Below are positions 45,346 to 45,880 of a stretch of 45,880 nt of DNA, one piece after another (the stretch's first letter is position 1; every line of letters starts with the position of its first letter). A program made the position numbers and the translations under genes. The notes beneath the pieces are model-generated. The model did not search any database, was not told the origin of the DNA, and was given only the letters and a program-made list of their open reading frames with translations. This DNA comes from a virus (Duplodnaviria; Caudoviricetes), in IMG/VR virus record IMGVR_UViG_3300042246_000004, positions 1 through 45,880 of that record; one strand, 5' to 3'.

Positions 45346-45818
45346 TTAAGAAACGAGTTGCCGCTGCTGCACTTGCAGCCTCTGTCAGCCTTTCCACAGC
45401 AATGATCACGCTGTTTGAAGGCGCTGAGCACAAAGCATATGTAGACCCGGTGGGTGTCGTGACGATCTGTTACGGCCACACTGCAACAGCAAAACTGGGC
45501 CAGGTGAAAACTGAAGAAGAATGCCAGGCACTGCTGCGCCAGGACCTTGCAATTGCGATGGCAGCAGTCGATCGACATACCACGGCCCAGTTGACGATCG
45601 AGCAGCGCGCAGCATTGGCCAGCTTTGTCTTCAACGTTGGTGAAACCAAGTACCGCACATCGACGTTGCTGAAAAAGCTGAACGCAGGGGACAAGCAGGG
45701 TGCATGCGCTGAAATGTCTCGGTGGGTGAATGGCAAGGTGAATGGCCAATGGAAAGCGTTACCAGGATTGGTGACACGCCGAGAAGTAGAACGCGAGCTG
45801 TGCGAGGTGGGGCTGTGA
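45342..45818 (+). CDS. SAR endolysin, GH24 lysozyme
   Basis: N-terminal KKR plus Ala-rich SAR segment; E-x8-D-x5-T triad (EGAEHKAYVDPVGVVT); GLVTRREVE. Confidence 0.93.
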   Translation: MIKKRVAAAALAASVSLSTAMITLFEGAEHKAYVDPVGVVTICYGHTATAKLGQVKTEEECQALLRQDLAIAMAAVDRHTTAQLTIEQRAALASFVFNVGETKYRTSTLLKKLNAGDKQGACAEMSRWVNGKVNGQWKALPGLVTRREVERELCEVGL

Positions 45819-45880
45819 TCAGCTGGCAGGCGGGTATTGGGATTGCAGTGTGTGCGGCCTGCTTCAGTGCAGGCTGGCAG
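45815..45880 (+). CDS. Probable i-spanin (Rz-like), 3'-truncated by window edge
   Basis: GTGA overlap with endolysin stop; N-terminal hydrophobic segment MISWQAGIGIAVCAACFSAGWQ. Confidence 0.55.
   Translation, partial: MISWQAGIGIAVCAACFSAGWQ

Overview
About 46 kb of a temperate, lambdoid-regulated phage, probably from a gammaproteobacterial host (inference from gene content). It appears to be in the non-integrated form, because integrase arm-type repeats lie on both sides of a putative attP at ~27.3-27.55 kb. Left arm (+, 1-27091): late virion/ejection genes ending in a 5566-aa DarB-like polyvalent protein (DdrB-like ParB, N6-adenine MTase, SNF2 helicase, two or three ADP-ribosyltransferase-like modules, HExxH peptidase). 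Middle (-, 27558-38384): integrase, excisionase and the early left operon (DUF5664, SSB, dUTPase, a Gp49-family plus Tad2/DUF2829 pair, YqaJ/RecT, NinX). Then the cI/cro switch with five operators, and the right operon (+): CII-like, TraR-like, a ~500-nt structured non-coding region, antirepressor, O/P-like replication genes with iterons, nin genes, RuvC-like resolvase, holin, SAR endolysin and the start of a spanin. Capsid, portal and terminase genes were not recognised in this window. Most notable: (1) a 118-aa gene overprinted in the +1 frame of the giant gene, with its own SD and extended -10, just before the MTase domain; (2) a two-gene putative immune-signal sponge cassette with identical 17-bp translation starts; (3) recurrent F-S/R-R linkers bounding compositionally distinct modules of the giant protein; (4) a tRNA-like, GNRA-rich ncRNA candidate; (5) an amber-interrupted membrane-protein gene next to attP. 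All family assignments come from motif recognition by eye; no searches were run.
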